This document shows positions 27,590-38,471 of a stretch of 64,000 nucleotides of DNA, one piece after another. The stretch covers positions 3,455 to 67,454 of the forward strand of contig JBEKLX010000001.1 of the NCBI GenBank assembly GCA_050008795.1, given 5' to 3'. Every line of letters begins with the position of its first letter. The stretch's first letter is position 1. The notes beneath the pieces were generated by a model, which saw only the letters and a program-made list of their open reading frames with translations, was not told the origin of the DNA and ran no database searches. The stretch comes from Verrucomicrobiia bacterium (lineage in GTDB: Bacteria > Verrucomicrobiota > Verrucomicrobiia > Palsa-1439). A program made the position numbers and the translations under genes.

Positions 27590-29035
27590 GTGAACCCGCT
27601 GAAAAGGATTGCCGACACACTTTGGGAACTGCCTGTCAGCTACATGTCTGGCATGCGCGTACCGGGCCGTATTTACGCCTCGGAAGCAATGGTTGAGCAC
27701 ATCGTTGGCGATAATGCACTAGATCAGGTCGCCAATGTCGCCACCTTGCCGGGCATCCAGGGTTTCTCGCTGGCCATGCCGGACATCCACTGGGGTTACG
27801 GTTTCCCCATCGGCGGTTGCGCGGCCACTGATCCAGACGAAGGCGGCGTGATCTCTCCCGGCGGCGTTGGGTACGATATCAACTGCGGCATGCGGTTGAT
27901 GCGTACAAGCCTGAAACAGGAGGAAGTTGCCCCGCACATTCACGACCTCGTCGCCCAGCTATTTCGCGACGTGCCATGTGGTCTTGGCCATGGCAGCGAT
28001 CTGCGTTTGTCGCTCGACGACGAACGTCGTTGCGCGCAGGAAGGCGCGCCGTGGGCCGTTGCCCACGGCTTTGGCAGGTCAGAAGACCTCGACTACATCG
28101 AAGAACGCGGGCAGATGGCCGAGGCTGAGTCGTCGAACATCACCACGCGGGCGCTCGAACGAGGCAAGGGCCAACTCGGCTCGTTGGGCGGCGGAAATCA
28201 TTTCCTTGAAGTGCAGGTCGTGGACGAAATATTCGACGAACAGGCTGCCGCGACGATGGGTTTGTGCAAGGGATTAATCACCGTCATGATTCACTGCGGT
28301 TCGCGCGGGTTCGGTTACCAGATTTGCGACGATTATATCAAGGCGCTGCGGAATGCGCCGGCTAAGTACGGCATCCAACTGCCTGACCGCCAGCTTGTCT
28401 GCGCGCCGGTGCGTTCACCCGAAGGCCAGGAGTACCTGGCTGCGATGCGTTGTGCCGCGAACTACGCGTTCGCCAATCGCCAGGTTCTCATGATCAAGAC
28501 GGAACAGGCGTTTCTCAATGCGCTCAGCATCTCGCCACGCGCCCTTGGCATGGAATTGGTTTATGACGTGCCGCATAACATCGCCAAGCTCGAACGACAC
28601 AAGATCGGTGGCCGCGAAAAACTGCTTTGCGTCCACCGCAAAGGCGCGACACGGGCGTTCCCGCCGTGGCATCCGTCGTTGCCGGAACGTTACCGGTCAA
28701 TCGGCCAGCCTGTGCTGGTGCCCGGCGACATGGGACGTTATTCGTTTGTGCTCGTCGGTACCGAGATTGCCATGCAGCAGACGTGGGGCACTGTCTGCCA
28801 CGGCGCGGGCCGGATGATGAGTCGTGCCCGGGCCAGAAAAGAGCACAGTTTCCAGGATCTTCAGCGCCTGATGCACGAACGCGGCGTGGTGATGATGTCG
28901 CAGGGGCATGGCGCCGCATTGGAGGAAGCGCCGTGGGCCTACAAGGACGTGGAGGATGTAGTGGACGTCTGCCACAATGCCGGCATTGCGCGAAAAGTTG
29001 CGCGTCTGCGACCCATTGGCGTCATCAAAGGTTGA
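27590..29035 (+). CDS. rtcB: RNA-splicing ligase RtcB
   Basis: 481 aa with RtcB metal-binding and GMP-histidine motifs (GYDINCGMRL, GGGNHF, HCGSRGFG, HNAG). Confidence 0.9.
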   Translation: MNPLKRIADTLWELPVSYMSGMRVPGRIYASEAMVEHIVGDNALDQVANVATLPGIQGFSLAMPDIHWGYGFPIGGCAATDPDEGGVISPGGVGYDINCGMRLMRTSLKQEEVAPHIHDLVAQLFRDVPCGLGHGSDLRLSLDDERRCAQEGAPWAVAHGFGRSEDLDYIEERGQMAEAESSNITTRALERGKGQLGSLGGGNHFLEVQVVDEIFDEQAAATMGLCKGLITVMIHCGSRGFGYQICDDYIKALRNAPAKYGIQLPDRQLVCAPVRSPEGQEYLAAMRCAANYAFANRQVLMIKTEQAFLNALSISPRALGMELVYDVPHNIAKLERHKIGGREKLLCVHRKGATRAFPPWHPSLPERYRSIGQPVLVPGDMGRYSFVLVGTEIAMQQTWGTVCHGAGRMMSRARARKEHSFQDLQRLMHERGVVMMSQGHGAALEEAPWAYKDVEDVVDVCHNAGIARKVARLRPIGVIKG

Positions 29036-29124
29036 AGATTTAGGGCGTTGCTACCGAAACGCGCCAAACCTGATTTGAGCAACACGCCCTTGACACCCTG
29101 CCTTCTTCTGCCTACCGTGCCGTC

Positions 29125-29568
29125 ATGCTCGCCACAAAGATCGATGCAGACATGAAGGATGCAATGCGCGCCAAGGATGCGATAAAGCTTTCGACGTTGC
29201 GCATGCTCAAATCGGCTCTTGGGTACGCCAAGATGGAGAAGAAGCAGGAGACGCTCACTGATGCCGATGTGATCGCCGTCATCAAAAAACAGATCAAACA
29301 ACGGCAGGACTCCATCGAAGGATTCCAGAAAGGCGGCCGCAACGATCTCGTGGTGAAGGAAACCGCCGAATTGACCGTGCTCAAAGCGTACCTGCCACCC
29401 GAGCTTTCGCCCGCTGAACTCGAACAGATCGTTAACACGACCATTACCGAACTCGGCGCCACCACGAAAGCCGACATGGGCAAGGTGATGAAGGCCGTCC
29501 AGGAAAAGGCGGCCGGCCGGGCCGACAACCGCGCCGTTAGCCAACTCGTTTCTGCCAAGCTTGCCTGA
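29125..29568 (+). CDS. yqeY: GatB/YqeY domain protein
   Basis: 147-aa ORF with YqeY family similarity (DMKDAMRAKD...STLRMLKSAL...). Confidence 0.8.
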   Translation: MLATKIDADMKDAMRAKDAIKLSTLRMLKSALGYAKMEKKQETLTDADVIAVIKKQIKQRQDSIEGFQKGGRNDLVVKETAELTVLKAYLPPELSPAELEQIVNTTITELGATTKADMGKVMKAVQEKAAGRADNRAVSQLVSAKLA

Positions 29569-29673
29569 AGGTGCGCCTCATTTTTCTCCCGCGACTGCGG
29601 GACGGACTCAGGCGATGATTCCGTAGCGCCCTTTCGCCTTTCCCGTGTTATCCGCCGGTGTTACTCTCGCAAC

Positions 29674-30537
29674 GTGCGCATCTTGGATATCATCAATCGG
29701 ACAACGCCATTCTTGGAGAATCATGGCGTGGGAAGTCCGCGGCTGAATATCGAGCTGATGCTGGCGCACATGCTGGGGAAACGGCGGCTAGATTTGTATA
29801 TGGAGTTCGAACGGGAACTGGACGAGCCGGCCCTTGAAAAGTTGCGAGAGATGGTTAAGCGGCGCGCCGCGGGTGAGCCGCTTCAGTACATCACCGGCGA
29901 GGCGGAATTCTGCGGACTAAAGTTTGCGGTAGATCGACAGGTGTTGATTCCACGGCCGGAGACGGAGTTGCTGGTCGAAACAGTGCTGGAACAACTGAAG
30001 GAAGGAGTCAGAAGTCAGAAGTCAGAAGTCAGAATCATTGATTTGTGTACGGGTAGCGGTTGTGTCGCCGTCGCGCTAGCGAAAAACCTAGAAAATACAA
30101 CGATTTTCTCCACTGACATCTCCACCGACGCCTTGGCGGTGGCGCGGAGGAACGCTGCGCGGCACGGGGTTGAAAAAAAGATTCGCTTTCTGCAGGGCGA
30201 TCTGCTATCAGTAATACCTGACAGCTTACGGGCGGATGTGTTGGTGTCGAATCCACCGTATATCGCCAGTGGGGAATTGGTGGGGCTGCCAAAGGAGGTA
30301 AGAGATTTTGAGCCAGTGCAAGCATTGGTTGCGGGTGAGGATGGGCTCAAAGTCATACGGCGGATTGTGGCGAACGCCAGCCGCTTCCTGCTTCCTGACG
30401 GCATTCTTGCCTTGGAACTCGGTGCTGGCCAGCGCGTGGCTGTCGAGCAGTTATGCGCGCAACACGGTTTGCAGATGGTGAAGGTTGTGAAAGATTTGCA
30501 GGGCCATGAGCGCGTGATCGTGGCGCGGGCCCGGTAG
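29674..30537 (+). CDS. prmC: Release-factor glutamine N5-methyltransferase
   Basis: NPPY motif (LVSNPPYI) and SAM motif I (DLCTGSGCVAVALA). Contains a GTCAGAA x4 tandem repeat at 30007-30034. Confidence 0.85.
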   Translation: MRILDIINRTTPFLENHGVGSPRLNIELMLAHMLGKRRLDLYMEFERELDEPALEKLREMVKRRAAGEPLQYITGEAEFCGLKFAVDRQVLIPRPETELLVETVLEQLKEGVRSQKSEVRIIDLCTGSGCVAVALAKNLENTTIFSTDISTDALAVARRNAARHGVEKKIRFLQGDLLSVIPDSLRADVLVSNPPYIASGELVGLPKEVRDFEPVQALVAGEDGLKVIRRIVANASRFLLPDGILALELGAGQRVAVEQLCAQHGLQMVKVVKDLQGHERVIVARAR

Positions 30538-30632
30538 CAGGACGCGTTCGTTAACAATCAGGTTGCAGTTTCCGCGTCGGGAGTCGTGGGGAAAACCCGG
30601 CGCGTGGAATAGCTCTGACCAAGGAGGGAGCT

Positions 30633-31898
30633 ATGGAAAAACTTATCATCAGTGGGGGAACACCGCTGAAAGGCACGGTGCATATCAGCGGTTCGAAGAA
30701 TTCTGCTTTACCCATCATCGCCGCAACGCTGCTTACGGCTGAGCCATGCGTTATTCGCGGCGTGCCGAATCTGTCGGACATCGACACGATGGTTCGGATC
30801 CTGAAGTTCCTCGGGGTCGAAGCATCGTTTGACGCCAAGCACGGCATCCTGCACATCTGCGCAGAACATCCGCTCGGCGTGGCGCCCTACGAATGGGTGC
30901 GCAAAATGCGCGCGAGCGTCTGCCTGCTCGGGCCACTGCTCGCGCGCCTCAAAAAGACCAAGGTCTCGCTGCCCGGCGGATGTGTCATCGGCGACCGCCC
31001 GATTGATCTGCATATCAAAGGATTGCGCCGGCTCGGCGCGCAGATCTCCGTTGAGAATGGTTACGTTTACGCGCAGTGCAAGGAGTTGGTCGGCACCGAC
31101 GTGTTCCTTTGCGGGCGATTCGGCTCGACGGTGCTCGGCACGGCGAACATCCTGATGGCTGCCTCGCTCGCCAAAGGCACAACCACAATCGAGAGCGCAG
31201 CGTGCGAGCCGGAAGTCGAGGATCTGGCGAATTTCCTCAACAAAATGGGCGCCAAGATCAAAGGCGCCGGCAGCCACATCATCGAAGTCGAAGGCGTCAA
31301 GCAACTGCACGGCGCAGAGCACACGGTGATTTCCGATCGCATCGAAGCTGGCACGTTCATGGTTGCCGCAGCGATTACGGGCGGAGATATCGAGATTAAA
31401 GGCGCGCACGCGGAACATCTTTGCGCCATGCGCGACAAGCTGGAAGAGTCCGGTACGGAAATCCAGCGTACCAACGGCAGTATTCGCGTCCGCGGTCGTG
31501 GAAACCTGACTTCTACGGACGTCATCACGATGCCGTATCCAGGGTTCCCGACCGACATGCAGGCGCAGATGAGCGCCCTGATGACCTTGACGCCGGGTAT
31601 CAGCGTGATCACGGAGAAAGTTTTCCCGAATCGGTTCATGCACCTCAGCGAAATGGCGCGGCTCGGCGCGAACGTTGCCTTGGAAGGCAATAGCGCGATC
31701 ATCAAAGGCGTCAAACATCTCAGCGGCGCGCCCGTGATGGCCAGCGACCTGCGCGCCAGCGCCGGTTTGGTGCTGGCCGGACTGGCTGCGGGAGGCGAGA
31801 CAGAAGTGAACCGCATCTATCACGTCGACCGGGGATACGAGCGGATCGACGCCAAACTACGCGCGCTCGGCGCGAACATTGAGCGGATAGACGAATGA
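30633..31898 (+). CDS. murA: UDP-N-acetylglucosamine 1-carboxyvinyltransferase
   Basis: 421 aa with the EPSP-synthase fold and the catalytic-loop Cys region (KGTTTIESAACEPEVEDL). Confidence 0.95.
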   Translation: MEKLIISGGTPLKGTVHISGSKNSALPIIAATLLTAEPCVIRGVPNLSDIDTMVRILKFLGVEASFDAKHGILHICAEHPLGVAPYEWVRKMRASVCLLGPLLARLKKTKVSLPGGCVIGDRPIDLHIKGLRRLGAQISVENGYVYAQCKELVGTDVFLCGRFGSTVLGTANILMAASLAKGTTTIESAACEPEVEDLANFLNKMGAKIKGAGSHIIEVEGVKQLHGAEHTVISDRIEAGTFMVAAAITGGDIEIKGAHAEHLCAMRDKLEESGTEIQRTNGSIRVRGRGNLTSTDVITMPYPGFPTDMQAQMSALMTLTPGISVITEKVFPNRFMHLSEMARLGANVALEGNSAIIKGVKHLSGAPVMASDLRASAGLVLAGLAAGGETEVNRIYHVDRGYERIDAKLRALGANIERIDE

Positions 31899-32038
31899 AA
31901 AAACTATTCTTTCTTCTGGTACTGGCGGCGGTTGCCTACGGTGCGTGGAAATACATGGAAGGCCTTCAACAACGCACGCTGCAGCAGGAAAAGAGACTCA
32001 AGCCGAGCGAGAACGCCGCCAAAGAGCTGGAAAAGTAA
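31895..32038 (+). CDS. Small hydrophobic protein (47 aa, single TM helix)
   Basis: MKKLFFLLVLAAVAYGAWKYMEGLQQRTLQQEKRLKPSENAAKELEK. ATGA overlap with the murA stop suggests translational coupling. A perfect hairpin CCCCGAA-CACT-TTCGGGG follows. Below the ORF-track length cut-off. Confidence 0.5.
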   Translation: MKKLFFLLVLAAVAYGAWKYMEGLQQRTLQQEKRLKPSENAAKELEK

Positions 32039-32088
32039 GATAAGAAGTAACCCCGAACACTTTCGGGGCTAGACATTAACCGCATAGC

Positions 32089-32142
32089 GCACCTTGCGTG
32101 ATACATCGGATACCGATGTATCGACCCGATTCAACGCTGATA
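32089..32142. repeat. 54-bp direct repeat, copy 1 (two palindromes), flanking the TA module
   Basis: GTGATACATCGGATACCGATGTATCGACCCGATTCAACGCTGATATATCAGCCA. Contains the 10-3-10 palindrome GATACATCGG-ATA-CCGATGTATC and the palindrome CTGATATATCAG. 52/54 identical to the copy at 32738-32791. Confidence 0.9.
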
Positions 32143-32156
32143 TATCAGCCACTTCG

Positions 32157-32593
<437 letters not shown>

Positions 32594-32737
32594 TGTGATT
32601 TCCTGGACAGTGCTCACGCGCCGAATATAGGACAGATGTGCCTTCCCCGCAAGTCTTCAGTGATTCCAGTAGTTTTGACGGCCACAACTCGGGGGCGACT
32701 GGTGAATCGGGGTAGAGCGCGGGGGCGGCTATCTCCC

Positions 32738-32791
32738 GTGATACATCGGATACCGATGTATCGGCCCGATTCAACGTTGATATATCAGCCA
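32738..32791. repeat. 54-bp direct repeat, copy 2
   Basis: GTGATACATCGGATACCGATGTATCGGCCCGATTCAACGTTGATATATCAGCCA, located ~145 bp upstream of the antitoxin start. Confidence 0.9.
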
Positions 32792-33207
32792 GTTGCTTGT
32801 ATCGACGGTGTGAATACTTCCGGTCGGCACAGAGACATAGTCGCCACGGCAAATCGACCGGGGTGCGCAACCCCAACCTCTTTGTCAATAGGGATAGATG
32901 GGTAGAACATGCTCCCGATGCCTCCGCCCTGTCTTTCCTAATCTCGACCCGCCGAGGTGTGGTGTCCACGCTGCAGGCGTGTTCTTCACGCGCGCCGGCT
33001 TTGCGGCATGCAAGAAACCTAGGGAAATCATGCATAGGAACCGCGGTACAACTTGTGCTAATAGAGTGTGGCAACGCGTAATTGGTGGGGAGATTGTAGA
33101 TGTTCTTGGTGTATTTTGCCTGATCATGGTAGTTAGACAATAATCGGGGAATTCGGTTAGAGTGATCGGCCGCAACGTGACGCACCTTTTTTGAGGACGA
33201 ATAAGAA

Positions 33208-33966
33208 ATGAACGGCTTCAGAACACGCATGATAGGAATACTGGTCGTTCTTGCTGCACTACTGCTCCTTGCGGTGTTCTGGCGATTCGCGGAATCAGTG
33301 CGATCAAGCAAGATGTCGAAGAAAGCGGCAGTAAATGTCCCACGCATTTCTTCCACGATCGTTCCCCAAGCGACGACAACTTCGAGCACCACTGGTGATC
33401 ATGCCGGGGAGCGGATTTTTGCCCACGATTCTCAACCGGCTCGGTTCGCTCCACCAACTCAGGGCACCAGAGCTGCAGACCCCAGCATGGCTGGCCTGCT
33501 AACAAGCGCGACGCCGGCAGCGTTACCGACTGTTTCGCCTGGTCTGGTGGCGTCGGAAACCGAGATGGTTTATTTAATATTTCACTTGGAGGGCCAATCG
33601 CTCAGCGTGCTCACGCAATCGGTCACCAAGGGGAATATGCGCCTTCCACCTGCGATCAGCTCGATTGCCCCGATGAGAAGCATCTATCACCGCGTGCTGT
33701 CGGCCTCGGGCGCGATTCTGGCGCAGGACACCATGCCTGACCCGTCTGTCTTGCATTACGACTATCCGGGTCCCGTCGGGGCCGGGGAACTTCAGGGCGG
33801 CACGATCATCCAGACTCAGGTTGACTTCAATGTGCGTTATCCCTTGATCGAGGGCATGGATCGCATCGAACTATACCATACGGAAGCCACCACGGATTTA
33901 ACTCGACTCAGCCGCGAAAGCAAAGAGTACTATGGATCGTTCAAACTCGAGACGACATCGCACTGA
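33208..33966 (+). CDS. Hypothetical membrane-anchored protein
   Basis: 252 aa with an N-terminal TM helix (IGILVVLAALLLLAVFW), a Ser/Thr/Pro-rich linker and a C-terminal domain of unknown function. Local GC is lower than the flanking sequence. Overlaps the downstream M64 peptidase gene. Confidence 0.55.
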   Translation: MNGFRTRMIGILVVLAALLLLAVFWRFAESVRSSKMSKKAAVNVPRISSTIVPQATTTSSTTGDHAGERIFAHDSQPARFAPPTQGTRAADPSMAGLLTSATPAALPTVSPGLVASETEMVYLIFHLEGQSLSVLTQSVTKGNMRLPPAISSIAPMRSIYHRVLSASGAILAQDTMPDPSVLHYDYPGPVGAGELQGGTIIQTQVDFNVRYPLIEGMDRIELYHTEATTDLTRLSRESKEYYGSFKLETTSH

Positions 33967-36952
33967 CTGGCACTGGCGGCGAATCGCAACCGTCATTCTC
34001 GCAGGACTCGTCGGCGGGATGTCGCGGTCAGCCGTGGCCCAGACACTGGTGACGAATCCGGCCCCGTTTGTCACGACCAATCTGTACAACGGCCCCACCA
34101 GCGAAAGACTTAACATTGTGGTGCTGGGCGACGGCTATACCTCCAACCAACTGTATGCAGCCTACCAAGCGGACGTGACTAATATCGTCCTGAATTACCT
34201 TTTGACCGTTGAACCGTACCGATCCTACCAACCGTATTTCAATGTGTTTTCGATCTCGGCTGCATCACTCGAGTCTGGAGCAGATCATCCGGAAACTGGT
34301 ACATACAAAGACACCTATTTCAACTCCACATTTGACAGCTACGGCATTGTCCGTTTACTGACCGTCCAAGACAGCTCCAGAGTGTACAACCTCTGTAATC
34401 AATTTGTGCCTGATTACGATATTATCATCGTGATCGTCAACGATAGCACCTATGGCGGTTCAGGTGGCGCCTTCGCAGTGACGTCCGTCAACAGCACCTC
34501 GCCGCAGATCACCGTCCATGAGCTGGGGCATTCGTTTGGGAGTCTGGTCGATGAGTACGACTACGCCACGCCCGGTTATTATCCTTACGAAGCAGTCAAC
34601 TGCACCGCTCAGACCAATCGTCAGCTGATCAAATGGACAGTTTGGATTGACAGCGCCACGCCGGTGCCGACGCCCAATGATCCTAGTTACGACGGCCAGG
34701 TGGGGCTTTTCGAAGGCTGTATGTACACGACCACGGGTTGGTACCGCCCTCATTACAACTCCTGCATGCGCGCTCTCGGCCAGCCGTACGGCCAGGTGAA
34801 CATTGACCAACTCATTAAGCGAATCTATTACCACTCTCCCTACCACATTGCTCCGTTTCAAGACATCTCGCCCACGACCACGAACCTGACCATCAACGGG
34901 GTGCAGACGCTGTCGTTCAGTGTGCTGCCCATGCAACCGGTTTCTCCCAGTCCCAACCTGGGTGTCGGCTGGTTCCTCGATGGGACGAATCTGCCGGGGC
35001 AATCGGCCACCAACCTCGCGATTTCCTCCACCACGATCGGCCTTGGTCAGCACGCCATTTCCTGTGTCGTATCCGATCCCACTCCCCAAGTGCGCATCTA
35101 CACGAACGCCGAGTTCCTTGTTAACCCGTTAACGAAGACGGTGACATGGAACGTCAACATCCAGTGCTTGAACGCGCCGATTGTCAGCCCGGCCAGCTAC
35201 GACTTCGGGGAGCTGGGGATCGGCACGACGACGCAAACCAGCTTCGTGGTCACCAACACCTGTAGCACGACGCTGCATGGCACAGCGAGTGTGGCGGCGC
35301 CCTTTGCCATCGTATCAGGCAGTCCGTTCACCGTGCCCAGCTACGGCAGGGCCAACGTGGCCGTCAGCTTCACGCCACCGGCCATAGGCAGTTACGTCAC
35401 CAATGTGGTCTTTACCACCGACGACGGCAACTCAACCAATTGGGTAACGGGCGCCGGCGTCTGCAGTTACACGCTGTCGCCAACGAACGGGGCGTTTGGA
35501 GTACTGGGCGGCGATGGGAACTTCACGGTGAACACACCCGACTCTTCCTGTGCGTGGACGCCCAGCACGACAAACGGGTGGATTCATCTCACGGCGGGCA
35601 CTGGGCCGGGCACCGGGCCGGTGAACTACACGGTGGACGAGAATACCATTGCCCCTCCGCGTCAGGGTACGATCATTGTCCAAGACCAGACGTATACGGT
35701 GACACAAGCAGGGTGCAGCTACGCGCTCAGTAGCGGTATTGCAAGTCCCTCGGCAAAGGGCGGCACCAATACGGTCAATGTGATTACCACCAGTCCGTGC
35801 CCGTGGACTGCGACGCCGAATAACGCGTGGTTGACAATCCTGAACGCTACCAACGGTGTGAGTTCTGGCACTGTGACATATATTGTTGCTCCCAACGGTT
35901 CGAGTAACGCAAGAACCGGCACCGTCAGCATCGCTGATCAGACCTTCACAGTGATACAGGCGGGAAATACCGCACCGCAGGTCACCATCATGCCAATCAC
36001 ACCCGTTAATTTGCCTGTACTGACCGTGAATCTGCATGCGACGGTGACCGACGACGGCGCGCCCTCCGGAACAGTCAGCACTGCGTGGTCGAAGGTAAGC
36101 GGCGGTTCCGTCACGTTCGGCAACGTCAACGCCACCAACACGACCGCGACATTCACAACGAACGGAACGTACGTGCTGCGGTTAACGGCGTCGGATGGGG
36201 CATTGTCAACCAGCAAGGACGTGACGGCGATTGTCAATGCCCGACCTCAGATCACCTCGCCGCCGGCAGCAACGAACGAGCTGGCATGGGTGGATAACAT
36301 GTCGGTGGTGGCTGGATACGATCCGGCATGTTTCACAGTTGGGGCATTTGATCCGGATTTCAATCCGCTGTATTGCCGGTGGGATTTCGGGGACAGCGGA
36401 ATAAGCACCGATTGCGATCCATGCCATGTATTCACCAACTGCGGACAATATGCGGTGAGCGTGGAGGTCAGCGATGGGGTTGCCTCGACCAACGCGACAT
36501 CAACAGTGGTCGTTGCCTGTGAGCTGTACATAACCAAGCTGCAGGTGAAGTTGAATTTCGCCAAGACCAACTCCGACAGTTGTACTCTGGCTGGCGCGTT
36601 TGATCCCGGTACGGGCTTAGATCTTACCAATAAGGTTGTCACGATTAACGTTGGCGGGGCGCAGGTGCCGTTCACCATGGACGCGAAAGGTAAGGGCAAA
36701 GGCGTGAGTCGTTTTGGGAGCTGCAAACTTGCCTACAACCAGAAGATCGGCTTATGGAAGTTGACCGCCAATCTGGCGAAGGGTTCATGGCACGCGCAGT
36801 GGTCGGAACATGGGTTGAGCAATGCAACAATATCCAAACCCGGCGCATCAGTGGCCATGCCAGCCGTCGTGGTCATCGACACCAACGCCTTCGCCGACGA
36901 ACGTTCGATGGTCTACACCGCTACCAAGAACCAGTCCGGCACGGCGAAGTAG
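33932..36952 (+). CDS. Peptidase M64 (IgA-peptidase-like zinc metalloprotease) with C-terminal Ig-like/PKD repeats
   Basis: 1006 aa. N-terminal M64 catalytic region (LNIVVLGDGYTS..., NDSTYGGSGG, HExxH in VHELGHSFGSLVDEYDY), then several ~90-aa Thr/Ser/Asn-rich beta-sandwich repeats including a PKD-like motif (CRWDFGDSG...YAVSVEVSDG). Signal/TM at the N-terminus. Confidence 0.75.
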   Translation: MDRSNSRRHRTDWHWRRIATVILAGLVGGMSRSAVAQTLVTNPAPFVTTNLYNGPTSERLNIVVLGDGYTSNQLYAAYQADVTNIVLNYLLTVEPYRSYQPYFNVFSISAASLESGADHPETGTYKDTYFNSTFDSYGIVRLLTVQDSSRVYNLCNQFVPDYDIIIVIVNDSTYGGSGGAFAVTSVNSTSPQITVHELGHSFGSLVDEYDYATPGYYPYEAVNCTAQTNRQLIKWTVWIDSATPVPTPNDPSYDGQVGLFEGCMYTTTGWYRPHYNSCMRALGQPYGQVNIDQLIKRIYYHSPYHIAPFQDISPTTTNLTINGVQTLSFSVLPMQPVSPSPNLGVGWFLDGTNLPGQSATNLAISSTTIGLGQHAISCVVSDPTPQVRIYTNAEFLVNPLTKTVTWNVNIQCLNAPIVSPASYDFGELGIGTTTQTSFVVTNTCSTTLHGTASVAAPFAIVSGSPFTVPSYGRANVAVSFTPPAIGSYVTNVVFTTDDGNSTNWVTGAGVCSYTLSPTNGAFGVLGGDGNFTVNTPDSSCAWTPSTTNGWIHLTAGTGPGTGPVNYTVDENTIAPPRQGTIIVQDQTYTVTQAGCSYALSSGIASPSAKGGTNTVNVITTSPCPWTATPNNAWLTILNATNGVSSGTVTYIVAPNGSSNARTGTVSIADQTFTVIQAGNTAPQVTIMPITPVNLPVLTVNLHATVTDDGAPSGTVSTAWSKVSGGSVTFGNVNATNTTATFTTNGTYVLRLTASDGALSTSKDVTAIVNARPQITSPPAATNELAWVDNMSVVAGYDPACFTVGAFDPDFNPLYCRWDFGDSGISTDCDPCHVFTNCGQYAVSVEVSDGVASTNATSTVVVACELYITKLQVKLNFAKTNSDSCTLAGAFDPGTGLDLTNKVVTINVGGAQVPFTMDAKGKGKGVSRFGSCKLAYNQKIGLWKLTANLAKGSWHAQWSEHGLSNATISKPGASVAMPAVVVIDTNAFADERSMVYTATKNQSGTAK

Positions 36953-37081
36953 AGGTATCCACATAACGACCGGCGCAGTCAGACGTGCTGGCAATCGTGC
37001 TCGTCTTGGGTCGCACGGCCGGTTTGCGGCGGTCAAATATCCTTGCGCTGGATTCACGAAGGCTGATATTGCCCTGCCGCC

Positions 37082-38440
37082 ATGTTTGACGCGTTATCCA
37101 ACAAACTACAGGGCATCCTGAAGAACCTGCGCGGGTATGGCAAGTTGACGGAGAAAAACGTCACCGATGCCCTGCGCGAGGTGCGCGTTGCGCTGCTCGA
37201 GGCCGACGTCAACTACAAGGTTGCCAAGGATTTCATCGAACGCACAAAACAACGCGCACTCGGTCAGGAAGTTTTAACAAGCGTTACGCCGGGCCAACAG
37301 ATCGTCAAGATCGTGCACGATGAATTGGTTGCATTGATGGGCGGCGATTCTGAATCCGCAATTCGCCATCCGCAATTTTACCCCGACAGAGTCGGGGCCG
37401 CAATTCCCGGGAACTGGCTGATGGTTGGGTTGCACGGGTGCGGCAAGACAACGACCTGCGGAAAACTGGCGCGATTGATGGTGAAACAGGGGCGTAAACC
37501 GTTGCTCGTGGCTTGCGACGTGTATCGGCCGGCTGCGATTGATCAGTTGGAGACGCTTGGTAAACAATTGCAGCTTCCCGTGTTCTCGGTGCGCGACGAG
37601 AAGAACGTGGTTGAGATTTGCCGACGGGCGCAGGCGTTTGCGACCACGCAGGATCGGGACACCATCATCTTCGACACGGCAGGCCGGCTGCACATCGACG
37701 AAAAGCTGGTACAAGAACTGGTGCGGATGAAGGAAGCCGTGTCGCCGCAGGAAATCCTGCTGGTGGCAGACACCTCAACGGGACAAGAGGCCGTGAACAT
37801 AGCCGAGCACTTCGATAAGGCCTTGGGTCTGACAGGTATCGTGCTGACAAAGCTCGACGGAGACGTGCGTGGCGGCGCTGCGTTGTCCATGCGCGCGGTT
37901 ACGGGCAAGCCGATCCGGTTTGTCGGGGTTGGCGAGAAACTGGACGATTTGGAGCCGTTCCATCCCGAACGCATGGCGGGTCGTATCCTCGGTATGGGCG
38001 ACGTGGTCAGCCTTGTCGAGAAGGCGCGGGTAGCGTTCGACACGAAGCAGACCGATGAGATGCAGCGGAAAATCGAAGATCAGAGCCTTACGCTGGAGGA
38101 TTTTCTGTCGCAACTCCAGCAGTTCAAGCAACTTGGCCCATTGGAAAATCTGCTTGGCATGTTGCCCGGAATGGATAAGATGAGGGACTTGAGTGGCGGG
38201 GAAAAGCAACTCAAGCGCGTCGAGGCGATTATCCAGTCCATGACGCTGGACGAACGCCGCCGCCCGGAAATTCTGAACGCGAGCCGGCGCGCGCGGGTTG
38301 CCCGCGGCAGTGGTACGACGGTGTCCGATGTGAATGAGTTGTTAAAGCAGTTCGGAATGATGAAACAAATGATGAAGAAGATGGGCAAGATGCATAAGGC
38401 GTTCGCGCGCAAAGGCGTGATGCCGTGGCTTGCCCGGTGA
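37082..38440 (+). CDS. ffh: Signal recognition particle protein Ffh
   Basis: 452 aa with an N domain, a G domain ([25 protein letters not shown]) and a Met-rich M domain ([16 protein letters not shown]). Confidence 0.95.
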   Translation: MFDALSNKLQGILKNLRGYGKLTEKNVTDALREVRVALLEADVNYKVAKDFIERTKQRALGQEVLTSVTPGQQIVKIVHDELVALMGGDSESAIRHPQFYPDRVGAAIPGNWLMVGLHGCGKTTTCGKLARLMVKQGRKPLLVACDVYRPAAIDQLETLGKQLQLPVFSVRDEKNVVEICRRAQAFATTQDRDTIIFDTAGRLHIDEKLVQELVRMKEAVSPQEILLVADTSTGQEAVNIAEHFDKALGLTGIVLTKLDGDVRGGAALSMRAVTGKPIRFVGVGEKLDDLEPFHPERMAGRILGMGDVVSLVEKARVAFDTKQTDEMQRKIEDQSLTLEDFLSQLQQFKQLGPLENLLGMLPGMDKMRDLSGGEKQLKRVEAIIQSMTLDERRRPEILNASRRARVARGSGTTVSDVNELLKQFGMMKQMMKKMGKMHKAFARKGVMPWLAR

Positions 38441-38471
38441 TGGAGAATTGCAGCGGAGAGGAGAACACGAA

